In this document: positions 34,985-46,942 of the stretch, piece after piece | How positions within the stretch are numbered: position 1 is the stretch's first letter | Layout: every line of letters begins with the position of its first letter | Assembly (NCBI GenBank): GCA_030295235.1 | Contig: AP026173.1 | Coordinates: forward strand, 310,001 to 374,000 | DNA from: Fistulifera solaris | Taxonomy: Eukaryota | Direction: 5' to 3' | DNA: 64,000 nt | The notes under the pieces: model-generated | Told to the model about the DNA's origin: nothing | Databases searched by the model: none | The model's input: only the letters and a program-made list of their open reading frames with translations | Position numbers and translations under genes: made by a program

Positions 34985-36821
34985 ATGTAAGTATAATCAA
35001 AGCCTTACACGTTGTTTCTTGAATGGAATATCCGGTTTATTGGGCAGGCGCAGTTATTTCTTCTCGACTTTTCTGACGAGTCTTGTTCACAACATTTCTT
35101 CTTCACAGGGTCTCGTTCCGTCGCAAAAGAAGGAAGAATCCACTGACAAGAAGGCTGACACAAAAATGACTTCCAAGAAAGAAGACAAGGTACGTTTACG
35201 GACTCGTGATGATTTAGCGACGGATGAGTAAAGCAATTTCTCACTTTCTTTCATCATCAGCCCGTCACCAAAGCTGCTGCCCCCAGCAAGCCCCCGACGC
35301 TCGATGACATTCCTGATTTGATTGATCAAATGCTTAATTCGAATGGCGAAAAGAGCGCAGCCGCTACCAAGCGTATTTACGAACTGTGCGACGTCGGTCA
35401 CAAACAGAACCGTGTGCCTATGGTTTGCAGCGGAAAGTACGATGTCTTGACGCCCTTGGCAAAGTGCTTGACGCAGGAAAGTGGAGATGGACGTCACTTA
35501 GCTTGCTTGGCATTGAACAACCTTTCGATTCCCACGGAAAACAAACGTGTGATGGCTCTTGGACCGGCTTCGAAGGATGTAATTGGAGGACTCTGCAAAG
35601 TTATTGCCGAAGACAAGCAGGAATCTTATTTGTGCTGCATTTGCCTCATGAACCTTTCTTTCCTCGAGGCAAGCATTACGTCTATCTTACAGTACTCTCC
35701 TTCTCTTGATGGCAAAGTTCTGAGTCCTTTGGATAATCCGGATTCTCTTCTGCGCGTCTTGGAGAAGCTTCTCGCGAACTCACCGGCTGTCCCCAAGTCA
35801 GGATCGGGCAAATCGGAAGGTGTGCGCTGGGCTTGCGGTTTGATCAAGAACCTGGCGAAAAGCGAAGAAAATGCGGCTTTGATCGGAAAGACTGACATTC
35901 CGAAGTGCGTCGTAGAGAACATCCGAGCAACTACGGCTCCTCCCTCTCGCTGGACGTCCAACAGCTTGGAGGACTTTTCTCTATTTGTTATTCTGAACCT
36001 CGCTCAGTGGCCTGTCTCGCGAGATACCCTTATTCGATCGGGAGCTGTTGATGTTATCAAGCCTATCATGTCGGAGGGTGACCTCCAGGGACTCAAGGCG
36101 ACCATGGCCTGCGCGTTCCTTGGCGCCAAATGGGATGCTTTCCCAGATGGCGGCAATCCAGCCGCCAAGGCTGTGTCGGAACTCATGACGAACATTGTCG
36201 AAAAGAAGGGAAAAGACGGGCAGTACGCTTACGGAGTGTTCAAGCTGTACACTGCCACGAAAGCTTACCGTGATCTTGCCGTCTCTGCGGCCCGCGACGA
36301 CTCGGAAGGAACTGAATCCAACACGAAGGTGCTCGCTTTCCCCTCAGCAGTGGCCCTCTGCTTGCAAATTGTGTCCGATCTTGTGATCTCTGCTATGGAG
36401 GATTCCGAGGGTGGATCCAAGTATGTCCCCGATGCCATGTCTGCAGAATACGCTGTAGGTGCCTTCGAGGCTATGCTCCCAGCTATTCTTCAACCGGCGG
36501 AGCCATCACGTCAATCGGTACAAAGCGAGAAAGCCGCGAGTGAAATCAGTCAAATGTTCCTTACGTATGTTGACGTGTCAGGAACGACCGACGAAGCCAA
36601 GAAAAGTGCCAGAAGCGTCGCGTCTAAGCTCAAAGAGGCGACGGGCTCTGCTAGACCCATTCTCGAAATCTCGCACGACTTGTGGAATCAATACCGAAAG
36701 CGAGAGGGACAACCGTTGGATCAATTCATTTCCAGCGAGAAGGGCATTGAAGCGGATATGAATGGCCCGCTTGATTTCCCTTCCGTGTGCCAACTCGGAG
36801 GGCGGTTGCACCATCCTTTAG
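34985..36821 (+). CDS. Armadillo-type repeat protein with two 5' introns and a probable C-terminal CaaX motif (CTIL)
   Basis: Core ORF from 35318; introns about 34987-35108 and 35190-35260; removing one C near 36779 gives DFLPCANSEGGCTIL*. Confidence 0.75.
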
Positions 36822-37561
36822 ATGCAGTTCAAATAATGGTTAATAGTTGTTGTAGACGTGTGCTCCACGAAACAAAGATTTGTGCTCTTACGTAAAGATA
36901 AAAGGTAATTCACATTCATATTACTTTTGAAAGCGCATGTTGATTATGGGTTCTATGGCTAGTTACTTTTGAACAGAACTCAATTCCTCTAGTATCTTTC
37001 ACTTATCATGGGCTCAGGGGCAAAGCATAGCTTACTCGCTTTTGAGGGCCACCTATGCTATTTACAAAGTGAAGAGCTCGAAAGACCGGCTAAAAGATTA
37101 GTCGTATGATTTAAAGCACATGCTTTCTTTTCCTTGCGTCAATGAAATGAGCTCAAAATCCCTTTTTCAAGACAGCAGGTTTCATTCTTCTTTAGGTGAC
37201 CTTAGCAAATGTCGTCAGCGGCCAAGGGCATAAATAAGTCAGTGGGAAGAATTCTGCAACCACTCGCAATTAGATTGTGCAATAAACTGTAGAAAATACA
37301 GACGTGCATCTCGATCGTGCATCCGTAATTAGGACAAACCGGGACAAACGGTTTTTGTACTCAGCTGGTTAAGTAGGAAACGACATGTTGAAAAATTCGA
37401 CAGCATGATGAGTGCATTGTTGTGTACATTTCCTCATTTGAATCCAGTTGTTGTTGTTGTTGGTCGATCGCCTTGGTTTTTTACTCCTCGCGTTTCGTTG
37501 CCCTTCATCTTTCATTCAACAAATAACTAATTATATCCTTGAAGACAACGTCAATGCAAAT

Positions 37562-38617
37562 ATGAATTCTGTCTCTTTCTCCGGTCTTCTTCTCATTCTG
37601 TGCGGCACAGTCGTAGCGCAGTGCCCTCTCTGTTACGACGGATCCGACCCTCCGGATCCGGATTTCGTCCCCGGTGGCCGATTGGACAACCTTACCTGCG
37701 ATTCGTTAGCTTTCGGTGCGAGCGTCCCCGACCCGGAAGGTGATGGCCCTACTTGCGAAGACTGGCTTCTAATCGGACTGCAATGCGGATGTCCCATTCC
37801 TCCGGGCGGTTGTCCTTTGTGCTACGACGGCAGTCGTCCTCCTTCCTTCCAAAAAGAAGTCCTCAATTCGACGTGCGCGATATTCATCAGTGCGGCAGGT
37901 ACCCCGAATTCGGATCCGCAAACCCCGACGTGCGATCAGTGGCTGCAAATTGGTGTCCTTTGTGAATGCCCCGTTCCCGACGATGCGTGTGATCTCTGTG
38001 AAGACGGTTCGTCCATTCCGGACCCTGAATTGATGATTGGTGTCGATAAGTGTTCCGATCTGATAGCCAGAGCCGCATTCTCGGAAGGAGAAGAATGTTC
38101 GTCGTTGCAGGCTACGGCCGGTGTCTACTGTGGCTGCACGAATCCGATTGCGTCCGAAGGTTATTGCCGCATCTGCGGAAACGGAACGTTGTTGCCCAAT
38201 CCGGGCTTTGTTCCGGAAACAGATGACAACACCGAGCGGAGTTGCGGTCAATTAGAGATCAACCGCGAAGGACTCGCGTGCGAGGAACTTCAGAACCTGT
38301 ACGCGGAAGCTTGTTGTAATGCAGCGCCGGTGGCGGCTCCATCCGGCAATGCTGCTCCGACGGTCGACGAAACTCCGGTGGAAGCTCCTACCCCGACGAC
38401 CGATGAAGAACCTGCTCCGGTCAGCGGTGAAGCGCCGACTGTATCTCCAGAGGCTCCCGTGCCGGCGACTCCCGTAAATCCGAGCCCCGTGGACTCTGGA
38501 AATTCGACAACAACTCCCACAGCGCCAACGGGCACATCGACTGGATCATCCTCCGCGGCAGGAAGGGGTTACGAGTACCTGATGGCAATCTTTATCGCGG
38601 TCGTAATGATTTGGTAA
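37562..38617 (+). CDS. Secreted Cys-rich repeat protein with Pro/Thr stalk and probable GPI signal
   Basis: Signal MNSVSFSGLLLILCGTVVA; four C-x-(L/I)-C-x-(D/N)-G repeats; Pro/Thr-rich tail; terminal hydrophobic YLMAIFIAVVMIW. Confidence 0.75.
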   Translation: MNSVSFSGLLLILCGTVVAQCPLCYDGSDPPDPDFVPGGRLDNLTCDSLAFGASVPDPEGDGPTCEDWLLIGLQCGCPIPPGGCPLCYDGSRPPSFQKEVLNSTCAIFISAAGTPNSDPQTPTCDQWLQIGVLCECPVPDDACDLCEDGSSIPDPELMIGVDKCSDLIARAAFSEGEECSSLQATAGVYCGCTNPIASEGYCRICGNGTLLPNPGFVPETDDNTERSCGQLEINREGLACEELQNLYAEACCNAAPVAAPSGNAAPTVDETPVEAPTPTTDEEPAPVSGEAPTVSPEAPVPATPVNPSPVDSGNSTTTPTAPTGTSTGSSSAAGRGYEYLMAIFIAVVMIW

Positions 38618-38941
38618 GGATTATAAACAATCCTATATGTCACTTTAAAAGAAAACACTTTTTTTGTAAAACGTTCTTCGTCTAAAAGCTTCTTAGTAGC
38701 TCTTGTTACTCTTGAAGTCAGTTATGGGTGAGAAACAAAGCTTCTTCATGACTCTGAGTACCAACTGAGGCATTCACTTTTTTGTTGCAACGCCAACCTG
38801 TCTCTTCAAATCTTCATCAGTGTGCATCTGTTTGATCTGTATTTAGTTGAGCCTTTAGTTTCTTTGATACATCTGGCAAAGAGACGGAGTTTCTAGTCAC
38901 CCAACCGAAAGCGTCGCCGCTACGTTACGAAAAACTCCGCT

Positions 38942-40003
38942 CTAGAGTACTAGTATACAAAACCAAGCAAAAGAGATACCCAAGTATGCCATCATTTTTG
39001 AATCTTCCCGCTTTGCACCTGAAGTCGGAACGACTGATTCGCCGGTTGGTTCGGTCACTGGAGCTATCGGCTGTGTAACTGGACTTGCTGGTTCTGTCGG
39101 CTGCGCCACCGTACCTGTAGGTTGTGCCACTGGAGCAGAAACTGGTATTTGTACCGGCGAACCGGACGCCGTACTTGGAGGGGGAGGCGCGACAGAGACT
39201 GCGGGTGCATGAGGTGCGTTTCGATGAAAAGCCAAGACACAAACTCCAGACTTACCTTCAATACAACCAAAAAATTGCTCCGGTGTGCCTGGCAAGGAAG
39301 GGTCGCCGCTTTGTGGGTAGGGTAAATTGCAATCCGATACCGTCGGACTGTACCATTCGGAGGGGAGTACTTTGACTTGAGAATTCCCTCCACTAAAGTA
39401 GGCATCGTAATTGGGCGGCTTGCAGCTGTTGGAAGTGATGTATTTCCATTGTATCAGTACTTCCTCTCCATATAAACCTTGCGGCAGTTGATAATCATGG
39501 ACGTATTCTGTATAACCTTCGCTCCATCCGGCTAAATAGCCGCGATCCGGATGAATGGGGTCCGCTGGAATATCGTACAACAAGTCTTTGACGAACAACA
39601 GCGAACGAGACGGGTCTGTAAAACAGTCCCAGGTGGAAGAGCGTCCATTCGGACACGCTCGTATTTCAATGTGACCTCCGTGATGGACAGGAATGGTAAA
39701 ATTCATCCGAATCACGTCGCCGCTGTTGTAGGCACCCTGCGACTCCCAGGGAATGACATTCCCCAACGAGTCGACCCACTCATCGTAATCATTCGTATCC
39801 GTGTAACCACAAACACCGTTATTTCGATTCAAGCAATGCGGACAGTACTCCTTCTTGGCTTTTCCTGCTTCTTGTCCGTCGGTTCCATTTTCGTGTGCTA
39901 CCCAGTTTCGTGCGCGAGGGCTGCTGACATAGCCGTGGCTGTGCACCAGCGAGAAGAGGCTCAGCAGACTGCCGAGGGAGGCAATCATTTGTTTGTGTTG
40001 CAT
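38942..40003 (-). CDS. Lytic polysaccharide monooxygenase (AA15-like) with Pro/Thr stalk and C-terminal anchor; in-frame 57-nt intron 39199-39255
   Basis: Signal peptide followed by His1 (HGYVSSPRARNW), second His in HHGGHIE, IQWKYITSNSC, PEQF..C.E. Confidence 0.85.
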   Translation of the reverse strand: MQHKQMIASLGSLLSLFSLVHSHGYVSSPRARNWVAHENGTDGQEAGKAKKEYCPHCLNRNNGVCGYTDTNDYDEWVDSLGNVIPWESQGAYNSGDVIRMNFTIPVHHGGHIEIRACPNGRSSTWDCFTDPSRSLLFVKDLLYDIPADPIHPDRGYLAGWSEGYTEYVHDYQLPQGLYGEEVLIQWKYITSNSCKPPNYDAYFSGGNSQVKVLPSEWYSPTVSDCNLPYPQSGDPSLPGTPEQFFGCIEGKSGVCVLAFHRNAPHAPAVSVAPPPPSTASGSPVQIPVSAPVAQPTGTVAQPTEPASPVTQPIAPVTEPTGESVVPTSGAKREDSKMMAYLGISFAWFCILVL

Positions 40004-40505
40004 CGTTTTAAGTTCTAATACAGTATCCAGACCTTTTACTTTGATGTTGCTTGCTCTGAGTCGACATCACTCTTCGAAATAAATGAAAAAAGTGTGCCAA
40101 GAGAGTTGGAGTGTGCAAAAGACGCGACGCGAGGTCGCCGAAGAACTTGCGGCTGTCGAAGTACTTTACAAAAGATACTCAAATTCACAAGATTCAAATA
40201 GTGTACTATCCGGGACTCTTCGTTCCATCTTTTCATTCCCTTTTTCTATATAATTAGTACATCAGAGCTTATAAAGATGTAGCTACGCAACAGAAACCCT
40301 AGCTCGGGCTCTCTAGCTGGCTGGAGCTTCCAAGATGAACGATTCATCTAATCTATCTCCAAGGCAGGATCTTAATGATGTCGAACAAACAAGGAAAAAT
40401 CTCATTTGAGGATTATGCGCGGTATAGATGATATCGCGTTTTTCGTCACTTGTCTTCTCGGCGATTATAAAAAGAGAAGACGTCATGAAGGAGAAACGAA
40501 GCGCT

Positions 40506-41547
40506 TTATACGGACGATGCATCCACTTCTAAAATGAGGTGCCGATCTTCCTTTCCTAGCCTCATTGGTTGATCTAATGCACGACTCATGGCCTTTCGTG
40601 CCATTTCCAGCGCCACTGGACCTTTCTCAAGCGCCCAAGGACCTGGTTGGGGAAGATTCGTAAGTAAGATTGATATCACTTGAACTTCATCAATATCTTG
40701 TCTGCTAAGTGCACTCCGGAATGCACTAGGACCCGGAGGACTGTACAATGCGGTCCCCATTTGAATATGAATAATACGAGATTTGTGCTTCACAAATGGA
40801 CCCAAGCCTTTCCATCCGTGTATATCGCCAATGCCACCATCGATCAGAACGTAGTCGTCCTGACTATCATCGCATTTCCAACCGACTGGTTGGAATAGAA
40901 TGGGAAACGTGGCCGAAGCACGAGCGGCTCGCGCCATGCTACCACGTTGCAGAATCCTTCCCTGGAGCGTTTGCAAATCGAAAGCTGAAACGGCCACGGG
41001 TATTACAGCATCTTCTATCAGTAAGGACTGATGCGGACGTGCTTCTCGTAGAAATTGATGGATGGTTTTTTGGAAGGCATTGCCTCGAAAGAGGGCAAGC
41101 AACGCGGGAAAGTCGGCGAATTTCGATAATGTAACATTGTTCGAACAAAATACGGCAGCTTCGTTCGGTGATACGCCTGCAGATAACAAAATTGCCGCCA
41201 TGGCTCCCGCCGATGCCCCGGCCACCGACTTCACGCGTGACTTTTCGAAAATAGCCGAGTCGACTTGATCTTCCCATGCCGCCAAGGCCCCAAAATAGCC
41301 ATAAAATCCAAAGAATGCGGGCGCCAACGCCAAATGGAAGCCATCCGGATGCAGTAATATGTCTCGTAATGTCATTTTTGGTTCCACGGGGCGATACCGT
41401 GGCGGCTGGTACTCCACATGAAAGCAATTTCCAACCTTGGAGAGAAGAACCGCTAAAATGACAATGCCGACGATATGGGCGTGTGCTTGCCATCCATTTC
41501 CGACGGAAACTTTCCCTGTACTCTCTCTTATTCTATTAGGACGGCAC
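40506..41547 (-). CDS. Patatin-like phospholipase (start uncertain)
   Basis: PAFFGFY, GASAG nucleophile motif, ASATFPILFQPV, DGG motif. Confidence 0.85.
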
Positions 41548-42007
41548 ATTGCTTGCTTCAAAATAATTGCAAGTGAATGCCGATTATAAAGGCCAAAATG
41601 AAGGAGTAAAATCATAAAAAAGAAAAAAATGATGACGCGAGGCGCAATCAATAATGACGTACACAGTACGTACCATAAGCCTTAACCTTGCCGTGTCTTT
41701 AAAAACAAGCGATTGGCTCGGGGCTAGGAGGGAAGATCGAAAAGAAACGCTTTGTCCATTGGAGTTAGTACATCAAAACCAAGAAAAGGCTAGTGATCTC
41801 ATCAATCAACCTATCTGTTTTGTTGAGGAGTTGAAAGGTTTGTTCGGTACACTATCTGGCAACATCGGATATTGAAAAACTTTAGTCTCGGTCAAGTGAT
41901 CTAATGGTTTTTAACATGTTCTTTATCTCTATAACATAACAAAATCTGCAGTTGGCGATTTGTTAATCGAGCTTCTGGGTTTGAGTCTTTTAAATCGTTG
42001 AAAAATA

Positions 42008-42727
42008 TTATATCGATTTGCGGCTTGAGCAAACCGCATCAATGATACAAAGGAATGTCATGATTACCGGTGCAGCGATCAGGTCTGTCATACGAAGCAC
42101 TGAGTAATGGATCAGGATGGAGAAAGAAGCGACGAAATCGAGCGCTTTCCTCATCTTAGTAGATTCCCGTAGTTGAAGGCGCCGTTTGATTGTGTTCCTC
42201 ACGACAATAGGAATTCGATTCGTGACGTGTTGCAAAACGAGCTTCCAATTTTGCAGCCAGAATAACTTTCCATAAAGTGACCGCGAAGGAATACCATCCT
42301 TTTTTCGTAACTTCTCGCTGGCGAGATTGGCAACCCCTAACACGTACAGGGCGCTGGCGCGTTTTCCTTCCATGTGATGATTCATGTGTTTCGTCTCCAA
42401 AAACCAGCTCCACACAAACAAATCATTTCCAGCGCCTTCGAGACGCTGGTATCTCCGTTCGAGGAATACTAGATAGTCATCGACATTGGCTTGTTGGATA
42501 AAAGACTGTTGATCCGACAAAAGATCGTTTTTGGTATGTTGGTGACTGCCCCTATCGAGCGTATCACGAGAATTCAAACCATAATTTGGAAGTCGCAGGC
42601 TCAGACGGAGACGATCGAACGAGTGTATAGATTGATAGGCGGATGCTTCGGATGACAATAAAGCGATGGCAACTGTCATCCAGAGCAGTATTTTTCGCCT
42701 TGATGATGTCATTCGTCTTTCTGTCAT
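42008..42727 (-). CDS. Hypothetical protein with a signal/plastid-type presequence
   Basis: ILLWMTVAIALLSSEASA-Y; ORF of about 240 aa; no recognised domain. Confidence 0.5.
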   Translation of the reverse strand: MTERRMTSSRRKILLWMTVAIALLSSEASAYQSIHSFDRLRLSLRLPNYGLNSRDTLDRGSHQHTKNDLLSDQQSFIQQANVDDYLVFLERRYQRLEGAGNDLFVWSWFLETKHMNHHMEGKRASALYVLGVANLASEKLRKKDGIPSRSLYGKLFWLQNWKLVLQHVTNRIPIVVRNTIKRRLQLRESTKMRKALDFVASFSILIHYSVLRMTDLIAAPVIMTFLCIIDAVCSSRKSI

Positions 42728-43448
42728 GTAAGTCGGATGATGATTCGTTTCCAGCAATGGTGATCCGCTTGGAATGAAGTTGCTGCGAAATGTTCGCCAT
42801 TTATCGTCCCATCATGACAACATTCGGAGTCGATGGATCGGAACACACAAAAAAGAAGCCGTTGCGGTTGCGCGGCAAGAAAAAGGTAAATCCAAATTTG
42901 GATCGGCGCTCGCCAAACAGAAAGATACCGATTACTCTAGACCGAAGAGTATGAAACGACACGGGACACGACTGCCATCTGTCAATACGGTATTGAAGTT
43001 CGAGACGCTGCAATCCAATCAAAATGCAAGCTACAGGCTACTGATGTTCATTATGTAGTGGCTACTGTTTCACCGTAGGTCAAGTGCCGCGCTTCGTTTT
43101 GGCATCGATTGATTGGTGCGTGCATTTTCGACCACGTGTCACCGAACCAATCACAGCCGCCGACAATCGAACGGAAGGAATAAAATAATAGGCTGCTTGA
43201 GCTATAGGCTACTGTACAGGCTATAGGTCGATGGTTATCATAGCTCAAAGGATCCGTCTAGAGAGTCAAAAGTGCTCCAAACTTCATTTACCTTTCTTAA
43301 GCCTCCTAAGTTTGATACGCGTCAAGAGTTCTAAGCTCTGTCGTCATCAGTCTAGTTGACTACCAAACACGAGCTATCTTTAAATTGTGCCTATGAATAA
43401 AACAAGAATTTCCGCGGATGAAACTTTCATTTCCTTCGCAACCCACGA

Positions 43449-44033
43449 CTAAGAGCTTCCTTCTTTACTTGTTGAAGACTCCTCATCTGGGGTCTCGTTG
43501 TTGTTAGGCCCGTCTTCTTCATTCCGCAGACCCTCCAGTTCTTCTTTGGTCAAAAACCGTCCCCCCGGTCCTCGGGGACGTTTCATGGCATGATTGTGTC
43601 GACTTTCGTGCATGTACGGTTTGTTTCGTTTACTCTGTTGTTCTCTCCGTTTCCGCGCAAAGTATTCTTCCATGATCCGTCGCGCATCGCGTCGTTTGAG
43701 AATGCGGGCGTATTGTTTGGGGTTGACGTACGTCGGGAGTGTCGATTCTTCATTCATGTTTTGATACAATGTGACGGCGGCCCCCGGTGCAACCGACGAC
43801 AGCAGCGCCATGTGTTGAAATAAGACACTGTTGGGGTCGAGTTGCTGCGTCTGTTGAAAGGCCGCTAAACTGTTCGCAAATATCGCCCCCATGGCGTTCG
43901 GATTCATCCATTGCTGTTGATTATTGTTTAATACTTGTTGTAGAATCTGTGCAGCATTGGGCTGCTGTGGAGTGGCGCCGTTCGTAGTGTTATTATTCGA
44001 AGGAAACGAATCTTTCGATTGCGGTGCACTCAT
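43449..44033 (-). CDS. NFYA: NF-YA / HAP2 CCAAT-binding factor subunit
   Basis: YVNPKQYARILKRR...KPYMHESRHNHAMKRPRGPGGRFL; Gln-rich N-terminus. Confidence 0.93.
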   Translation of the reverse strand: MSAPQSKDSFPSNNNTTNGATPQQPNAAQILQQVLNNNQQQWMNPNAMGAIFANSLAAFQQTQQLDPNSVLFQHMALLSSVAPGAAVTLYQNMNEESTLPTYVNPKQYARILKRRDARRIMEEYFARKRREQQSKRNKPYMHESRHNHAMKRPRGPGGRFLTKEELEGLRNEEDGPNNNETPDEESSTSKEGSS

Positions 44034-44480
44034 GGTATGTCAAGCGAGAAGGAGAAGCGCACAAAAGCTTGCTCGCGGTCGCTCCCGGGTATTATCGTGC
44101 CGTGCAACTACAGTAAGATTCTTTGGTGAAACAAAACAACGACGAAGCGGAAGACTATCTACTTTTTAGAAATGATGATGATTCTTTCCTATTGCCCTTG
44201 CTATTGTTGCGGTTTGCTCCCGAACTTCCTCTCATTTTGTGCGAAGGATGTCAGCAAAGGTCGAGAGTGCGACGTTAAGTACATGGCTCGACTACATAGT
44301 GAGGGGGTATTCGGTCCCGTAGCGACAATGAGTCAGTCGGGCGATTTTTTCTCGGTCCGTTCATTTTCCTTATTTTCCGCCATTCTCATTCAAAACCATT
44401 ACAACTCCATTATTCATTCCGCTATTCATTGCTCCGTCTCTCTTTTGTATAGTCTCTCTTTTGTATATAGTTAACACAAC

Positions 44481-46271
44481 ATGTCATCCTGGTTGCGTGT
44501 CCTGACAGGGGCACGAAAAGTCGCGCAAGCGGCATGTCAGCAAACCGATTGGAATGCCACAGCCATTCGTACGGCCCAACATGGTCGCCAAATCATGGAT
44601 TCTCTGCAGAAACAATACGAGACCATGTCGATCAATTCGAATGCGACGGGAATGTCGGACGATAGGTTACAGACCGAAACAATAAAGCCAATTAATGCGA
44701 ATAAACCTTCCTCGACACCATCGCCTTCTTCAACATCGACAGCGAGCAAAGCATCAACAGAAGTACTGCAGCCAGAAATAGCCAGTACCTCCAGCACTGC
44801 TTCCAATGAACTGACACAACCTCCGCTCGAATCATCGAAGCGAATTAGCGCCTCACCCGGTACAGCAGCCACGACACAACTACCCGACAAGCCACTTAAA
44901 GACTTTTCCCAAGGATCCGCGGTGCCGTCGTCACGTTTCGGTCGGGCCTTTGGTTTTGCCCGTCTCGGTGCGGGTCTCGTGTGGGGGACTGCCACGGAAG
45001 GATTGAATCGGTTGGTGTCCGGTCAGTCCAAAGGATCGTCGGTGGTGGTGAATGACGCGAATGCCCATCGATTGGCGGCCACACTGTGTCGAATGCGCGG
45101 GGCGGCCCTCAAATTGGGACAAATGCTCAGCATTCAAGATCAATCGTTATTGCCGGAAGCACTCAGTCGGGCTTTGGAGCAAGTACGACAAGGTGCGGAA
45201 GCGATGCCGCAGTATCAATTAGAGCAGCAGATGCAACAACAATTGGGTGCCGATTGGCGACAGCGATTTCGAACCTTTGACGACCATCCTATGGCTGCGG
45301 CGAGTATTGGACAAGTCCATAAAGCCACATTGCCAGATGGACGAACCGTAGTCGTTAAAGTTCAATATCCAGGCGTTGCGGAATCGATTGAATCGGACTT
45401 GCGAAATTTGACGATGTTGATCAATCTGTCCGGACTGGCGCCCAAGGGATTGTTCATTGACAAAGTCTTGAGTGTCGGACAAGCTGAACTGAGCCTGGAA
45501 TGCGACTACGTTCGTGAAGCGGAACATCAAGTACGCGTTCAACAATTAGTGAATGAGGATCCTGTCTTGTCCACCCTACATCGATTCCAAGTTCCCGCTG
45601 TAATACCGGAATTGTCGACGGAACGCGTTTTGACGACCGAATTTTGTCCCGGTAGTACGATTGATGTCGTGGCCCACTTGAGTCAAGAAGAACGCAACCG
45701 GATTGCCAAAACCATTCTTTATTTGACTTTTAAAGAAATTCTTGTCTGGCGACTCATGCAAACCGACCCCAATTGGGGGAACTTTCTGTACGATGTGGGG
45801 ACACAAACAACATCGTTGATTGATTTTGGTGCTACACGGGAGTACTCGAAGGAATTTATGGACGGTTATTTGCGCATGGTGTGGGCCTCCGCAAACCGGG
45901 ATGCTCCGACCTTGTTGGAGCAATCAAGACGTATGAAATTTTTGACGGGAGACGAAAATGAGACAATGATCGATGCGCATATTATGAGTGGATACACGGT
46001 AGGAGAACCGTTTTGGTCCGATGAACCCTTCGATTTCCGTGGTTCCAACATTAGTTCTCGTTTGAGTGGTCACATGGCCGTCTTTATGAAACACCGATTG
46101 ACCGCCCCGCCGGAAGAAGTGTACACTTTGCATCGAAAAATTGCGGGAGCCTTTATGCTGTGTATCAAATTGAATGCCAAAATTCAGTGCCGCGATATCT
46201 TATACGATATTGTCAAAGATTATGCGTTTGAAGATGGACTCGACCGGCCTGTGTTAGAGCCTAGCGCATGA
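44481..46271 (+). CDS. COQ8: ABC1/COQ8 (ADCK3-like) atypical kinase
   Basis: MRGAALKLGQ, AAASIGQVH, VKVQYPGVA.SI.SD, MQTDPNWGNF, IDFGA, HRLTAPPEEVYTLHRK. Confidence 0.93.
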   Translation: MSSWLRVLTGARKVAQAACQQTDWNATAIRTAQHGRQIMDSLQKQYETMSINSNATGMSDDRLQTETIKPINANKPSSTPSPSSTSTASKASTEVLQPEIASTSSTASNELTQPPLESSKRISASPGTAATTQLPDKPLKDFSQGSAVPSSRFGRAFGFARLGAGLVWGTATEGLNRLVSGQSKGSSVVVNDANAHRLAATLCRMRGAALKLGQMLSIQDQSLLPEALSRALEQVRQGAEAMPQYQLEQQMQQQLGADWRQRFRTFDDHPMAAASIGQVHKATLPDGRTVVVKVQYPGVAESIESDLRNLTMLINLSGLAPKGLFIDKVLSVGQAELSLECDYVREAEHQVRVQQLVNEDPVLSTLHRFQVPAVIPELSTERVLTTEFCPGSTIDVVAHLSQEERNRIAKTILYLTFKEILVWRLMQTDPNWGNFLYDVGTQTTSLIDFGATREYSKEFMDGYLRMVWASANRDAPTLLEQSRRMKFLTGDENETMIDAHIMSGYTVGEPFWSDEPFDFRGSNISSRLSGHMAVFMKHRLTAPPEEVYTLHRKIAGAFMLCIKLNAKIQCRDILYDIVKDYAFEDGLDRPVLEPSA

Positions 46272-46348
46272 TGAAAAGCTAATACGGATATAAGCTTTCA
46301 TAACAATGTTTATAAAATGAGTCTTAATTCACGGCTACGTTCCGTAGT

Positions 46349-46942
46349 CTATTTCGCCATTCTTTCAAATACGAGTCGGAGGCGTCGCTCTCTTTGGAAG
46401 GATTGCTGGAATCCTTTTCGACTTTTTTTGAGAGACGAGAGCTTCCCTTGTAAGCTTTCCTCACTAATACCAAGCGCTGTCGTAGCTTTGGACTTGGCTT
46501 GCACTTTGAGTGTCTTGAGCTTTTGTTTCCGAGCTTCTTCGGGATTCTCAACCTGGCGTAGTTTCTTTTTGGTTTCCGACATGGCTGACATGACAGCCTG
46601 TAAGCTCGGGTCTTTGTAATTCGATTGCTTCTTTTGGGCGTGTATTATTGCTTCCCATTCCAATTCTTCGGCCGTCAATTGTCTGCGTGTGTCATTGGAT
46701 GGACTGCTGCTGTCGTTATTGTTGTCGTTATTGCGAAGCAATCTTCGGGATGCACAGTATAGAATGGCGGTTCCCGCAAACAGGTACATTTCGAAAGGGA
46801 TATTTTCCAGTGCCTTCCTTACATACTTCTCTAGTTGTTCTATTCGCTGATCCGATTTCTTATCAGTAGGAAAGATTCGACCCACTGCTTCGTCCGCCAA
46901 CTTGCGCACCGATGTCAAGGATGACTCCAGCCATTGGGACAT
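46349..46942 (-). CDS. Hypothetical single-TM coiled-coil protein
   Basis: 197-aa ATG ORF; hydrophobic MYLFAGTAILYCA; charged C-terminus. Confidence 0.5.
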   Translation of the reverse strand: MSQWLESSLTSVRKLADEAVGRIFPTDKKSDQRIEQLEKYVRKALENIPFEMYLFAGTAILYCASRRLLRNNDNNNDSSSPSNDTRRQLTAEELEWEAIIHAQKKQSNYKDPSLQAVMSAMSETKKKLRQVENPEEARKQKLKTLKVQAKSKATTALGISEESLQGKLSSLKKSRKGFQQSFQRERRLRLVFERMAK

